The notes beneath the pieces were generated by a model. It saw only the letters and a list, made by a program, of their open reading frames with translations, searched no databases and was not told the origin of the DNA. A stretch of DNA of 64,000 nucleotides. Source: an uncultured Verrucomicrobiae bacterium (GTDB lineage: Bacteria; Verrucomicrobiota; Verrucomicrobiia; Chthoniobacterales; JAFAMB01). Each line of letters begins with the position of its first letter. Position 1 is the stretch's first letter. Of this stretch, positions 8,885 to 18,154 are shown in pieces. The DNA lies in assembly GCA_963762565.1 (NCBI GenBank), contig CAVXLD010000007.1:480001-544000 (forward strand), written 5' to 3'. The position numbers and the translations under genes were made by a program.

Positions 8885-11362
8885 ATGAAAGAGCGCCTCT
8901 CTCCGGTTGTTTTTTCGCTATTGCTTGCCTCTATCGCAGTCGCGCAGCAGAACTCTAGTCAATTGCTCGACGCTGGTTTTACCACGCCGATGTTTGAGTA
9001 CCGACTGGCTTTGCGTAGTGCCTGCCACAAACTAAACGTGGCTCTCAGGGAGGAAGCCGGTGGCTACCACGGAAACGGTCAGGACCTTCTGTTTGCTCAG
9101 GCCATGGTTTCAATCGGTCAACTACTCGATGATTCCTGGTTAACTCTAGTTGGATTCCACTACTGGGGTAATATCGAGCTGTACCAAGCAAAATATCCGG
9201 CCGCACTTGAGCATAGCAAAGCGGCTCTTCGATGTCTTGCTCCCCGGTTTGATATTGACCATCCGGCAACCATCGACTTTGCGAAACTGTCCCAGATCGA
9301 CTTCAAGAATGCCGCTGCCCTGCAGTTTGACGAAATCGCGGTTATTTTTACTAACTGGCAAAAGTTTGATTCTGCTGCGGAATACGCTCGGGCGGCGATC
9401 AAACTTTTGCGACTGGAGAAACCGGGTAACGACGCTCTGCTGGCTAATGCCACGGACCTTTGCGCGACTGCTCTTGAGCAACAGGGACGCTGGACCGAGG
9501 CCCTTCATGGTTACGAAGACGCTAGAGACGTATTAGTTGCTACGCTGGCCAAGCTATCTCCATCCGACCGAATAGCGGCTTCCGACACCAAGTTGGTGCT
9601 GGCTGATACGTGGCGTTCAATCGGATACCTCAAATTGGAACATCTTCAGCGCTCTGATAGACCCGAGGCTCTAACTGATTTTCGGGAGAGTCTGCGTCTA
9701 GCGGAGGAGCTGCGTACTCCCTACGAGGTTACTGAAGGAAAACTTGCGTTGGCGATCTATTTCTACGAGACCGGTGATCTCGATCAATCCCTTTCCTGGG
9801 CCAACGCCGCTGCGGCGTTAGCCGACCCAAGTGCGCAGGGCAGCAACGCTGACACGTTATGGAAAGCGCTTTCTATCCAGGGAAAATGTCTAATCGGATT
9901 GCAGCGATTTGAACAGGCTGAGACGGTGCTTCGCCAAGCAGTCGACGTTATCGAGGGGATGCGCAAGGAAGCGGGGATCGATCGCAGTTCCGCGTCGAGT
10001 TTTTACGACAGTATCGCCTGGTTCTTCGCGGAAAAGACCGGAGCATATGTGGCGCTTGCGCAACTTTTTGCCGACCAAAACCGGAATCTCGATGCGTTGA
10101 AATACACTGAGCTTTCGAGGCAACGAGCTCTGTTGGATGCGCTGGCTAAAACCGGATCCGTAGATGAAACAGCGCAGCCTTCCTTTGTGCGTAATGAGAT
10201 AGGAGCTGCCGGGTTAAGTGAATTAATTCCAGACGAGAATACCGCCATCGTCGAATACTTGTTAGGAGCCGACCGCGGTTACGCTTTTGTGCTGAAGAGG
10301 TCCAAGTCGCCTTTGCCGGTCACAATAACGGCAGTTCCGCTAACCTACCCAAAAGTAGTTCAATCGAGTTCTTTGAGCAGTTCGCTGCAATCACTTGACG
10401 CGCTGGTTGATCACTTCCGCAATCAGATAGAAAAGAGCTATGCTGCTTATCCCAAAGAGCAGGCCGAAGCCCTCTTCAATTGCTTGATCGCTCCGATTGT
10501 GCCCGACATAGCCAACGAACGCGCGGTCGTTTTTGTTCCCGCAGGCAAACTCTGGGAACTTCCGTTTCAGGCGTTGCCTGCAATCGATAAGGAAAAGCAT
10601 CGATATCTGATAGAAGACTTCGCAGTTTCGTACGCGCCCTCTCTAGCTGTGCTTTCTCATCTGCGAGCAGTGCCTCGTCCTGCTTTATCGCGAAGCTGGA
10701 TGTTGGCGATAGGGCAACCCACTATCAAACAGGACGAACCGGAGAATTTTAAGGAGATCACTGGCACCGGGGAAATCGTTCAAGATCTGGCGACCCTATT
10801 TGGCTCTGATGTCGTTAAAAGCTATACGGGTGCGGAAGCGACTAAAGCCAATTTTATGGCTGAGGCTCCGTCAAAGCCGGTCATATTTCTGGCTACCCAT
10901 GCGTTCCTCGATGGTGAAGATCCCCTTAGTTCCTACTTTTTACTTAGTCCGATGCCGAGTCAGTCTGGTAGTGAACGTTTAACTACCTCCGAGATCTTAT
11001 CAATGGGGCTGGCCAGCCGCATGGCGCTTCTGTTTGCCTGCGATACGGAGCGCGGACGGATTGTCCAAGGCGAAGGCGAGATCGGTCTAGCCTGGGCTTT
11101 TCTCCATGGGGGCTGCCTGGCGACGTTAGTGAGTCAATGGCCGGTGGAATTAAGGGCGACAGCAAAACTTTCTTACTTTTTCATGAGCGATCTGAAGAGG
11201 GAACTGAATACATCGAGCGAGACGGCTTTTTCAATTTCAGAGTTGCTGCGCGATGCGCAATTACGACTGTTAAATACCGACGAGTTCAACCATCCTTTCT
11301 ACTGGGCGGGAATGGTGTTAGTGGGCGATCCCAACTGGCGTTCGCAGTCGATTACTCCTTGA
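8885..11362 (+). CDS. Signal-peptide TPR-CHAT domain protease
   Basis: Signal peptide MKERLSPVVFSLLLASIAVA, helical TPR-like region, VPAGKLWELPF, FLATHA (His), LFACDT (Cys), SQWPV, HPFYWAG. Confidence 0.9.
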   Translation: MKERLSPVVFSLLLASIAVAQQNSSQLLDAGFTTPMFEYRLALRSACHKLNVALREEAGGYHGNGQDLLFAQAMVSIGQLLDDSWLTLVGFHYWGNIELYQAKYPAALEHSKAALRCLAPRFDIDHPATIDFAKLSQIDFKNAAALQFDEIAVIFTNWQKFDSAAEYARAAIKLLRLEKPGNDALLANATDLCATALEQQGRWTEALHGYEDARDVLVATLAKLSPSDRIAASDTKLVLADTWRSIGYLKLEHLQRSDRPEALTDFRESLRLAEELRTPYEVTEGKLALAIYFYETGDLDQSLSWANAAAALADPSAQGSNADTLWKALSIQGKCLIGLQRFEQAETVLRQAVDVIEGMRKEAGIDRSSASSFYDSIAWFFAEKTGAYVALAQLFADQNRNLDALKYTELSRQRALLDALAKTGSVDETAQPSFVRNEIGAAGLSELIPDENTAIVEYLLGADRGYAFVLKRSKSPLPVTITAVPLTYPKVVQSSSLSSSLQSLDALVDHFRNQIEKSYAAYPKEQAEALFNCLIAPIVPDIANERAVVFVPAGKLWELPFQALPAIDKEKHRYLIEDFAVSYAPSLAVLSHLRAVPRPALSRSWMLAIGQPTIKQDEPENFKEITGTGEIVQDLATLFGSDVVKSYTGAEATKANFMAEAPSKPVIFLATHAFLDGEDPLSSYFLLSPMPSQSGSERLTTSEILSMGLASRMALLFACDTERGRIVQGEGEIGLAWAFLHGGCLATLVSQWPVELRATAKLSYFFMSDLKRELNTSSETAFSISELLRDAQLRLLNTDEFNHPFYWAGMVLVGDPNWRSQSITP

Positions 11363-12659
11363 GCCGACGGATCTCTCCAATCATGCGATTCAGGAGGTCT
11401 TTGGCAGCAGAGGTCTGGCCGGGCTCGGCTAACAGGCTCTCGAAATCAGCTTGGGCATCATCGAGAAGACCAGCCTTTAGATTCAACAAGCCGTCCAGCA
11501 AGCGGTCGCTACCAATCTCTCTTTTCGACGTGTTCAATTGAGCCACCTCTCCTTGGCTTAACTCAGCAAATTTTGCTTGGGGTTCTTCCACGCCGGGAGC
11601 ATCGATTTCCTGATCGTTTCGAACGGCCGTCACGTACCAGCGGTAACGCACACCTGAAGTAAGGGATATCGACTCGGGTATCGACCATTCACAAGTATTT
11701 GAGTCCGCCGTTGGCGCAGGAATAGCGGGACTAGTTGCGACCTCTTCCTGAGTTCGGTCGTCGGCAATCACATGAACTATGTAAGCGGTCGCACCTGGCG
11801 CAGCAGCCCATTTGAACGCCGGCCGCTCAGAGCTTATCAGGGTGCGATTCGGGCTAATCACATGAAAAGGAGGCTTGGCTGGCGATTGGCCAAGCAAAAC
11901 TGAAGGGGGCCTCTTTAGATTATCTAACGCGTCTTTAACGCTCTGCGAAAACTCGGGGGTCTCGTCCCGCGAGACTGAGCTTACCAGGTTGTTCATCTCA
12001 GCCAGCTCTTTCTTTGGCAGAGCAGCGGGCGGATTTTTGATTTCGTTCGCTTCGAACGCGATGTGGTGATCCCCGTCGAGCACCGCGATTTGTAGCCTCG
12101 ATCCGATGTCCGCAACCCCGGGCGTCGATGGGGAGCGAACTACGATAATGCCTATCGCTACGATAAGCGCAGCGGCCGCGGCCGTGCCCGCGAGGATCAA
12201 CGGCTGCTTGAACCAGGCAAGAAATCCGAGTTTGTCGCGGAGAAAACCCAATGCGCCACCAGATTCAGGGGTGGCTGAGGCAGACGACCAGGAGCTGGTC
12301 CCCGGCGTGTACTCCCGGCGAGGTGTCTGCAGTAGCTCTTCGCGAAAAGGCTTAAGGTCCGCCAAGCTGCGTTGGCAGAGCTCGCAAGTCCCAAGATGTG
12401 CCTCCAGGTCAACCCTGTCCGAACGAGTTAGATCGTCGTCCAAATAGGCTCCCAGCGTATCGGCTGAAGGATGTTCCTCGTTCGGCGTTTCCGGCAAAAC
12501 AGCGTCAACAAGCGAACCGGGCTTAGTCGTTCTCAAAGCCGATAGTTGCTCCCGGCAAGCGTCGCATTCTCGAAGATGTTTGATGACATCGAGAGTCTCC
12601 TCCGGGGAAAGTAACCGCGCCAGGAAGCGATGCTGTAGTTGTTCGGAAATGTGATCCAT
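11352..12659 (-). CDS. Anti-sigma-like membrane protein: 2x zf-HC2, TM, DUF928-like domain (paralogue 2)
   Basis: HLRECDAC and HLGTCELC motifs, TM LILAGTAAAAALIVAIGIIVV, RPAFKW...LTSGVRYRW...KAGLLDDA; clear similarity to 4303-5598. Confidence 0.78.
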   Translation of the reverse strand: MDHISEQLQHRFLARLLSPEETLDVIKHLRECDACREQLSALRTTKPGSLVDAVLPETPNEEHPSADTLGAYLDDDLTRSDRVDLEAHLGTCELCQRSLADLKPFREELLQTPRREYTPGTSSWSSASATPESGGALGFLRDKLGFLAWFKQPLILAGTAAAAALIVAIGIIVVRSPSTPGVADIGSRLQIAVLDGDHHIAFEANEIKNPPAALPKKELAEMNNLVSSVSRDETPEFSQSVKDALDNLKRPPSVLLGQSPAKPPFHVISPNRTLISSERPAFKWAAAPGATAYIVHVIADDRTQEEVATSPAIPAPTADSNTCEWSIPESISLTSGVRYRWYVTAVRNDQEIDAPGVEEPQAKFAELSQGEVAQLNTSKREIGSDRLLDGLLNLKAGLLDDAQADFESLLAEPGQTSAAKDLLNRMIGEIRRLKE

Positions 12660-12765
12660 CTATCTAGCCAGAATCTCGCGTCCGAGCACGAGCCCGTGAC
12701 GCAAATCGTCCTTATTTACATTAGAGATGAAGAAATACGGATCATATTGGTAATAATTTTGAGGT

Positions 12766-13021
12766 TAACCGCGAATGGACGCGAATCGGAACCGCGAATG
12801 CACACGAATGAATAGCCGCAAAAGAACGCAAAGAACGCAAAAATGAGAAAGATTCCCTCGTGATGAGGGTCTTAGGGGACTCAACGACTGAGGCGTGAGA
12901 TGCCGAGTCCGTTCCTTTTGAGGCCGGTTCCTTTTTTCGCGTAAATCCGTATCCATTCGCGGTTGATTTTATCTGCCTCTATCTGCGTTCATCTGCGGTT
13001 GAACTTCGTTGCGTTCTTTGT
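12766..13021. repeat. Cluster of nested 9-10-mer periodic inverted repeats (aaccgcgaatggacgc; gaatagccgcaaaagaacgca; atctgcgttcatctgcggtt)
   Basis: aaccgcgaatgga (12767) vs tccattcgcggtt (~12952); arm gaatagccgcaaaagaacgcaaagaacgcaa 12810-12840. Confidence 0.7.
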
Positions 13022-14705
13022 ACTGCAATAACAACATTTCGTTCGTTTTCGCGAGGATTTTAGGCCGCCATTTTGGTAAGCTGGTCGACGTCGCAGTGGC
13101 GTGCGGCAAGCAAAGCGGTGACGATACGTTGTCCGGTTTTTGTGAGGTGGTAACGATGAGTGCCGGAGACTTTTTGCAGGATTCCATGAGCGCGCAACAG
13201 TGCCAGGCGGCGGGTGATGGCAGCGGCTTGGCGAAGTTGTAGCTTTTTATTAGGGGTCTTGGAGTGAAGCAGTTTTCGTAAATCGCGGTTGCGCAACCCA
13301 TTCAAGCGGAACTCACCCCGATTGATCGCTTCCAATAGCGCACCATCCTCATCGGTCCAGGGGTTGAGAGCACGGTAACGTTGGCCCTTAAGAACTACGG
13401 CTCGGCAAACGCCTAGTGCTTCTTGGTAAAGAGGGGTTTTGCCCGTTGTGCTAGCTAAGGCTTGGAGATAGCGCCGATTAGCAGCTTGGCTGACTTGAGC
13501 TCTTCGCCATAGATCGGCAACTCCAAAGCGCAACGGCAGCCACTTGAGCACTTGCTCGGGATCTCCCTCACTAGCCCGATAAACCTTAAACTGTTTGGGG
13601 TCATTAATGGTGGTCTCTACGCGCAAAATCAGGGCTTGCTTGTCGTAGAGCTTAAGTGAGTTGGCGTTGACACTATGGCGGAGGCGAACTCCTTCGGGTC
13701 GCTGCTTCAGGGTGCTGGTCACTTGACCCTGACATCGAGTTGGCCGGCGCTGGCCAAGGAAGCGCAGCACGTCGGGGCTAGCAAAACTACTAATGCCGTG
13801 ATGTAAAAACTGTGGGTAAAGTGCAGCTAGACTCCTGGCATCTTTAAAAAGCAGATCGGTGGCGTACTCGCTTTGGGCCGCGCTCCAGTAATAACCCTGA
13901 CCCAAAGGAGCGCAGAGCTCGGAGTGTAAGGGATGGCATTGATCAAGCAGAGCGTTTAAGACTTGGGGCCAGTCGGTGTGCAGTTGTTCATCAAGCAGGG
14001 CCTGTGCTGCCACCGCATCCTTTAGTTTGATAAAGCAGTTGTCCGCCTTTTGATACCTCAGCCCGGCTCGATCCATTTGCCGAGCTAACCACTCCCGACC
14101 ATTGAGGCAGACTTCCACTGTAAAAGGAAACCAACTCTGCACCCGTACATGCATCAGTCCAAAATCGGCATGCATGAAGTAGTGATAAAAGTGGGTACAC
14201 ATCCGAGGCTCGATCACTAGATGAATCTCTTTGCTGGTTCGATCACCTCGTACCGAATAGGAATAGCAAGGTTCCTTAGCGCTAAAGAGCACGATCAAGC
14301 CCTTCTTTATCCTGTCCTCTAAAGCAATCTGGCGTGCGTAGTCCTCTTTGGATAGTTTTGGACTGCTCAAATACTGCGCCGGTCGCTTGGCGGCTGCTGC
14401 GGCGCGGTAAGCTGCGGCCTTGACTTTGGCGGTCACACTCTCGGCAAAGTGTTTAAACTCCTTGATGAGCACTCCACAACTGCACAGATAACGTTCCATG
14501 GCCGCGGGCTGAAACAGCAGCCGTAGTGTTCCTCTAAACCGAATCCGGTCGAATCCAGAAAGAATCCCCGTGACGTTCTCTCCAAATTTGCTAAGAAAGC
14601 TCTCTGGAACCCCGTGGGTCGCTGGTATTGGTTGAGTCTTCACACACCAGCTTTTATCAAGCCCCCACGGTGTTCCACCATGATTTGGTTGCGGCTTTGC
14701 CGCGC
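13022..14705 (-). mobile_element. IS-like insertion without terminal inverted repeats, inserted in a repeat arm, flanked by TGT on both sides
   Basis: Removing it rejoins ttgcgttctt-tgt-gctcttttgcggctattc, the reverse complement (2 mismatches) of 12810-12840; terminal hairpin gcggc-ttt-gccgc at ~14691-14703. Confidence 0.75.
13060..14643 (-). CDS. Putative transposase/Rep-like protein with C-terminal winged helix
   Basis: 527 aa ORF filling the insertion; motifs GFDRIRFRGTL, LNGREWL, KLYDK...LRVETTIN, GLRNRDLR...LRAHGILQKVSGTHRYHLT. Confidence 0.65.
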   Translation of the reverse strand: MKTQPIPATHGVPESFLSKFGENVTGILSGFDRIRFRGTLRLLFQPAAMERYLCSCGVLIKEFKHFAESVTAKVKAAAYRAAAAAKRPAQYLSSPKLSKEDYARQIALEDRIKKGLIVLFSAKEPCYSYSVRGDRTSKEIHLVIEPRMCTHFYHYFMHADFGLMHVRVQSWFPFTVEVCLNGREWLARQMDRAGLRYQKADNCFIKLKDAVAAQALLDEQLHTDWPQVLNALLDQCHPLHSELCAPLGQGYYWSAAQSEYATDLLFKDARSLAALYPQFLHHGISSFASPDVLRFLGQRRPTRCQGQVTSTLKQRPEGVRLRHSVNANSLKLYDKQALILRVETTINDPKQFKVYRASEGDPEQVLKWLPLRFGVADLWRRAQVSQAANRRYLQALASTTGKTPLYQEALGVCRAVVLKGQRYRALNPWTDEDGALLEAINRGEFRLNGLRNRDLRKLLHSKTPNKKLQLRQAAAITRRLALLRAHGILQKVSGTHRYHLTKTGQRIVTALLAARHCDVDQLTKMAA

Positions 14706-14720
14706 TGTGCTCTTTTGCGG

Positions 14721-15788
14721 CTATTCATCTGGACTCCTGCTTTGCATTCGCCGGCGTAGGGTGAAGCGTGCCTGACTGCGCAGGTTCACAACGGTTTGCC
14801 TCCGGATCCCTAGGAGACGCGCAATTTGCTGATCGTCCAGGGGTAATCTCGGTAGCACGGAAAGAATCTGGGTTAGCGAGATACCGAGCGACGCGGCGAG
14901 ATCTTGGAGCGTTGCTACTTGGCTCAGTTCGAAATCGAGCAAATCTTCTGCCTTTAATAGGAGCACCGCCCGTTCTTTTCGGTCCAATCGCTGGAGTTGT
15001 TCCCAGAAATTTCTAAGCCGTTCGCGGTTCAGAGATTCGCCGCGAGTTGGTGCTTCGGGTTGTTGGGTTCTCAGCAGCGACTCCAGGTTTCTGTGGTCTA
15101 AGGAAACGCGTTGATCCTTGACCTGTAAGATAAAAGCGACGGCAGTCACGAAATCGTTCCAGGGTAACGGACCGCCTGCCTGTTGGAGCGCCCAGGCGGC
15201 AATCTCCGGGAGAGGTGATGCTGGCGAAGGAAGGTCTTCGATCGAGTTCTGCTCCAAGAGATCAAAGTGCGGAACCGGACCGACGTGTTTCTGGCGCCAG
15301 AGCGTAAAGCCCGCGAGGGAGCCATGCTTAGCGTCCTGCCATTTGGTGAGGCCGGTTTGGCCCGCGCTTTCCCGGCAGAGATAGGCAAGTCTGAAAGAGA
15401 GCCGTGTCCAAAGTGGGGTCTCGTCACGCACCGCTGCTCGCCACGTGTTGAAGCTGGCCCCGGCAACATAAGCGCGGAAGGCGCCAATCCGGTTTTTTTC
15501 GGGTGTGGCATAGACCTGCCAGAGATGGCCCGTGAGCGCCATCAAGGTTTGTTGGCGAAGGTCCTGGGCGTCGAGGTCGCGCTGGTCAATGAACCCAGGG
15601 TTCCGGGATATCGAGGCCGCACCCAGACGCTGGTTGATGACCTTTTGAATGATGCTCAACGCCTCCGTCCGCAGGAGTGCGTCTAGCTCGTCTTTGGCCG
15701 ACGCTTCATCCGGCGCCAACAGGAACGAATGCAACAACACATCTTGCCCGGCCACTCGGCGATCTGCATCTATCTTACGTCGTTCCAT
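14721..15788 (-). CDS. Enlarged ECF-like sigma-70 family factor
   Basis: sigma2-like DAQDLRQQTLMAL...FRAYVAGASFN; sigma4-like LDRKERAVLLL...DQQIARLLGIRRQTVVNLRSQAR; co-oriented with the zf-HC2 gene. Confidence 0.7.
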   Translation of the reverse strand: MERRKIDADRRVAGQDVLLHSFLLAPDEASAKDELDALLRTEALSIIQKVINQRLGAASISRNPGFIDQRDLDAQDLRQQTLMALTGHLWQVYATPEKNRIGAFRAYVAGASFNTWRAAVRDETPLWTRLSFRLAYLCRESAGQTGLTKWQDAKHGSLAGFTLWRQKHVGPVPHFDLLEQNSIEDLPSPASPLPEIAAWALQQAGGPLPWNDFVTAVAFILQVKDQRVSLDHRNLESLLRTQQPEAPTRGESLNRERLRNFWEQLQRLDRKERAVLLLKAEDLLDFELSQVATLQDLAASLGISLTQILSVLPRLPLDDQQIARLLGIRRQTVVNLRSQARFTLRRRMQSRSPDE

Positions 15789-16077
15789 CTCGGTGCCGAT
15801 CTCCGGCGAAGCCGTTCCATTTTGTAGTTACTTCTCTTATAAACAAATGATGAGCAGATTGTGCCCCGGTTGGGCCGGAAAACTTCAAGATCCTGAACTC
15901 GAATTGCCCACAGGAGAAGCATTTTTTCGGTAGCTCGCACCTCCTTCTTCCGTCTCTAAGATTTGAGTAGCGTAGCATAGTGAGGGTTAGGGCACGTCTT
16001 GACCGGAATTCAGAGGGGCCGGCCAGACGTGCCCGGTTTGGTTTTCCACCTGGCTTGCTAGGCGATAGAGTGTCGCC

Positions 16078-16359
16078 ATGCATCCGAAGGAGCAAGAGAT
16101 ACGGGAATTCGCAGCCGCTGCACCTTTTGTGCCCTTTACTCTGGTTGCCGCCAGCGGCGAACGGTACAAAGTCCCGACACACGATCATATCTTCTTCGCT
16201 CCAAATGTCGATGACGATGGGGCGCCATTGCCGGACGGAGAGCGTTCACAGATGTTTACTGTATTCGCCAGAGGATCGCGTGTGCGTCATCTTTTCTTTG
16301 ACCTTATTACCGCGATCGAAACCGAAGGGACACCTGGTACGAAGGAACCGGTGAAATAG
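16078..16359 (+). CDS. Small hypothetical protein
   Basis: 93 aa ORF with PFVPFTL..SGERYKVP..DH motif resembling a small conserved PVC-type protein. Confidence 0.6.
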   Translation: MHPKEQEIREFAAAAPFVPFTLVAASGERYKVPTHDHIFFAPNVDDDGAPLPDGERSQMFTVFARGSRVRHLFFDLITAIETEGTPGTKEPVK

Positions 16360-16376
16360 TCTCTGTGGCGCCAGGG

Positions 16377-17354
16377 TTAAACGATCCGATCAATCAGCGG
16401 TTCACCGTTTTCGAATCTTCGAAGGTTCGCCAGAAAATGTTTGGTCAGGCGCAAGGATTCGTTGTGATGGCCACCACTGCTGTGGGGTGTGATGTAGCAA
16501 TTGGGAGCGGACCACAGGGGATGGTCCGGCGGTAACGGTTCCGGATCGGTCACATCCAGGTAAGCGGCCCTGATTTGCCCTGCTGTGAGAGCATCGAGTA
16601 ACGCGTTTTGATCGGTCGTGGTACCGCGCCCGAGCGAATAATAGCAGGCTCCGGGTTTAAAGCGTGAGAATTTGTCTTTATCGAAGAACCGAATGGTCTC
16701 CGAATTTTCCGGTAAGAAGTTCAACACCTGATCAGCGATCGGAAGGGTTGCGCCTAGTTCATCCAGGGCGAGAACAGTTATTCCCGGGACCGGCTCGGGA
16801 TGGCGCCGGAACCCTAATATCGTGCAGCCGAACGGCTTCAAGAACTCCGCCAGCCGGTGCCCAATCGATCCGAAGCCGGCAATAAGAATCGTCTGTTCCG
16901 AGAGCAGGCTCTCGGCGGCCCTTCTCTCGTTCTGTTGCCATTCCCGGTTCTTCAGCTGATCGAGGTACGACGGGTAAAGCTGCCGGCCGTGCGCCAGCAG
17001 AACAGACAAGGCGTGCTCCGCACAAGGCTCGGAGAACACGCTCGAGCTGTTGGTGAACGCGATCTGGTCCGCCAAAAAGTGATCAAAGACGTCCTTGCGA
17101 TCGTACCGCGTGTAACCTGCGCTGGACACGTGTAGCCAACGAAGGTTTTTCGAAGCGACGATGTCTTCAGCGCTGGGTTGGCCGAAAACGATTGTGGCGC
17201 TCCCGATTTGCGGGTCGCCGCCATTCTCCGCCAAGACATGGGGACCGGCCGCGGCGAGGATGAGCTGGTGGCCCTTGGTTTCCTCCCGAAACAGGTCGAG
17301 TTCCGGTTCCTCTAAGCGAACGTTAGTCCAGATAACAGAAGAATGCTGATTCAT
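16377..17354 (-). CDS. D-2-hydroxyacid dehydrogenase
   Basis: GFGSIG NAD loop, LGRG, LDVTDPEPLP..HPLW, ITPH motifs. Confidence 0.92.
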   Translation of the reverse strand: MNQHSSVIWTNVRLEEPELDLFREETKGHQLILAAAGPHVLAENGGDPQIGSATIVFGQPSAEDIVASKNLRWLHVSSAGYTRYDRKDVFDHFLADQIAFTNSSSVFSEPCAEHALSVLLAHGRQLYPSYLDQLKNREWQQNERRAAESLLSEQTILIAGFGSIGHRLAEFLKPFGCTILGFRRHPEPVPGITVLALDELGATLPIADQVLNFLPENSETIRFFDKDKFSRFKPGACYYSLGRGTTTDQNALLDALTAGQIRAAYLDVTDPEPLPPDHPLWSAPNCYITPHSSGGHHNESLRLTKHFLANLRRFENGEPLIDRIV

Positions 17355-17432
17355 AAGTAAAAATGCCTTGATGTCCTTGACAGTTTTTTCGTTCTCTCCA
17401 TTTACAGAGCAAGATCGCAAAGGAAGGTATAA

Positions 17433-17948
17433 ATGGGCAAAGGGTTATTTTTGGCATTCTTTTTGTTCGCCAGCGTGACGTCGGTCTTCGGCCAGAAACC
17501 GGATCCGGCGCAGCCGGTTCCAGATGACGAGCAAAAGATCGACCGGATGTTTGACTTAACAAACCATCTCCGAGCAGAGCGGAGGATCCCGATCTTAGGA
17601 CTCGATGCTCGTCTTTGCCGGGCAGCGGCCGTGCATGCCGAGGAGATGGCGCGGTATAACTACGTTAGCGATCGAGGTCCCGGAATTTTCCCGATGCGAT
17701 CCAATCCCGGGTCGCGAGCTTGGGCCAGCGGGTATGCCTGGTCGAGCATTGCTGAGACTGTGTGTGCGGGATCTTCCGATGTTGTCTCCGTGTTAAAGAG
17801 TTGGCTACAGAGCCGGGCCCACGCACGAATTTTGCTGGATCCGGAGTATCAGGACGCCGGCATCGGTATCGCCCGGGGAGCCACCCGAACTTATTGGGTC
17901 TTTATGGTGGCCACCAGGCCCCCTAACAGTGCACCCGGGGGGCGGTAG
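17433..17948 (+). CDS. Secreted CAP (SCP) domain protein
   Basis: Signal peptide, N..R, AA.HA.EMA, AE, W..S..H...LL...Y...GIG..YWV. Confidence 0.85.
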   Translation: MGKGLFLAFFLFASVTSVFGQKPDPAQPVPDDEQKIDRMFDLTNHLRAERRIPILGLDARLCRAAAVHAEEMARYNYVSDRGPGIFPMRSNPGSRAWASGYAWSSIAETVCAGSSDVVSVLKSWLQSRAHARILLDPEYQDAGIGIARGATRTYWVFMVATRPPNSAPGGR

Positions 17949-18154
17949 GCGTGCAACGCCGGGAACGAGCACGAACAATGTGAGTGGTGAAAAGTGAAAG
18001 GTGAAAAGTGAAAGGATTGGGGCGCGTCGCTCTCGTCCTATAAGCCCCATTAGTCCTATAGAGCCTGTCGCGCCGTAGGCTTGGCGAAGGCGGATCCTAT
18101 CCGTGTGGCGCCCAGCGTTGTCCTCCCGCTCATCGTTTACGCCCGTTCCCGACG

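Noticed and set aside
5629..11362. Type III-E CRISPR (Craspase) locus
   Set aside because: No Cas7-11, Csx30/31 or array; the CHATs carry export signals
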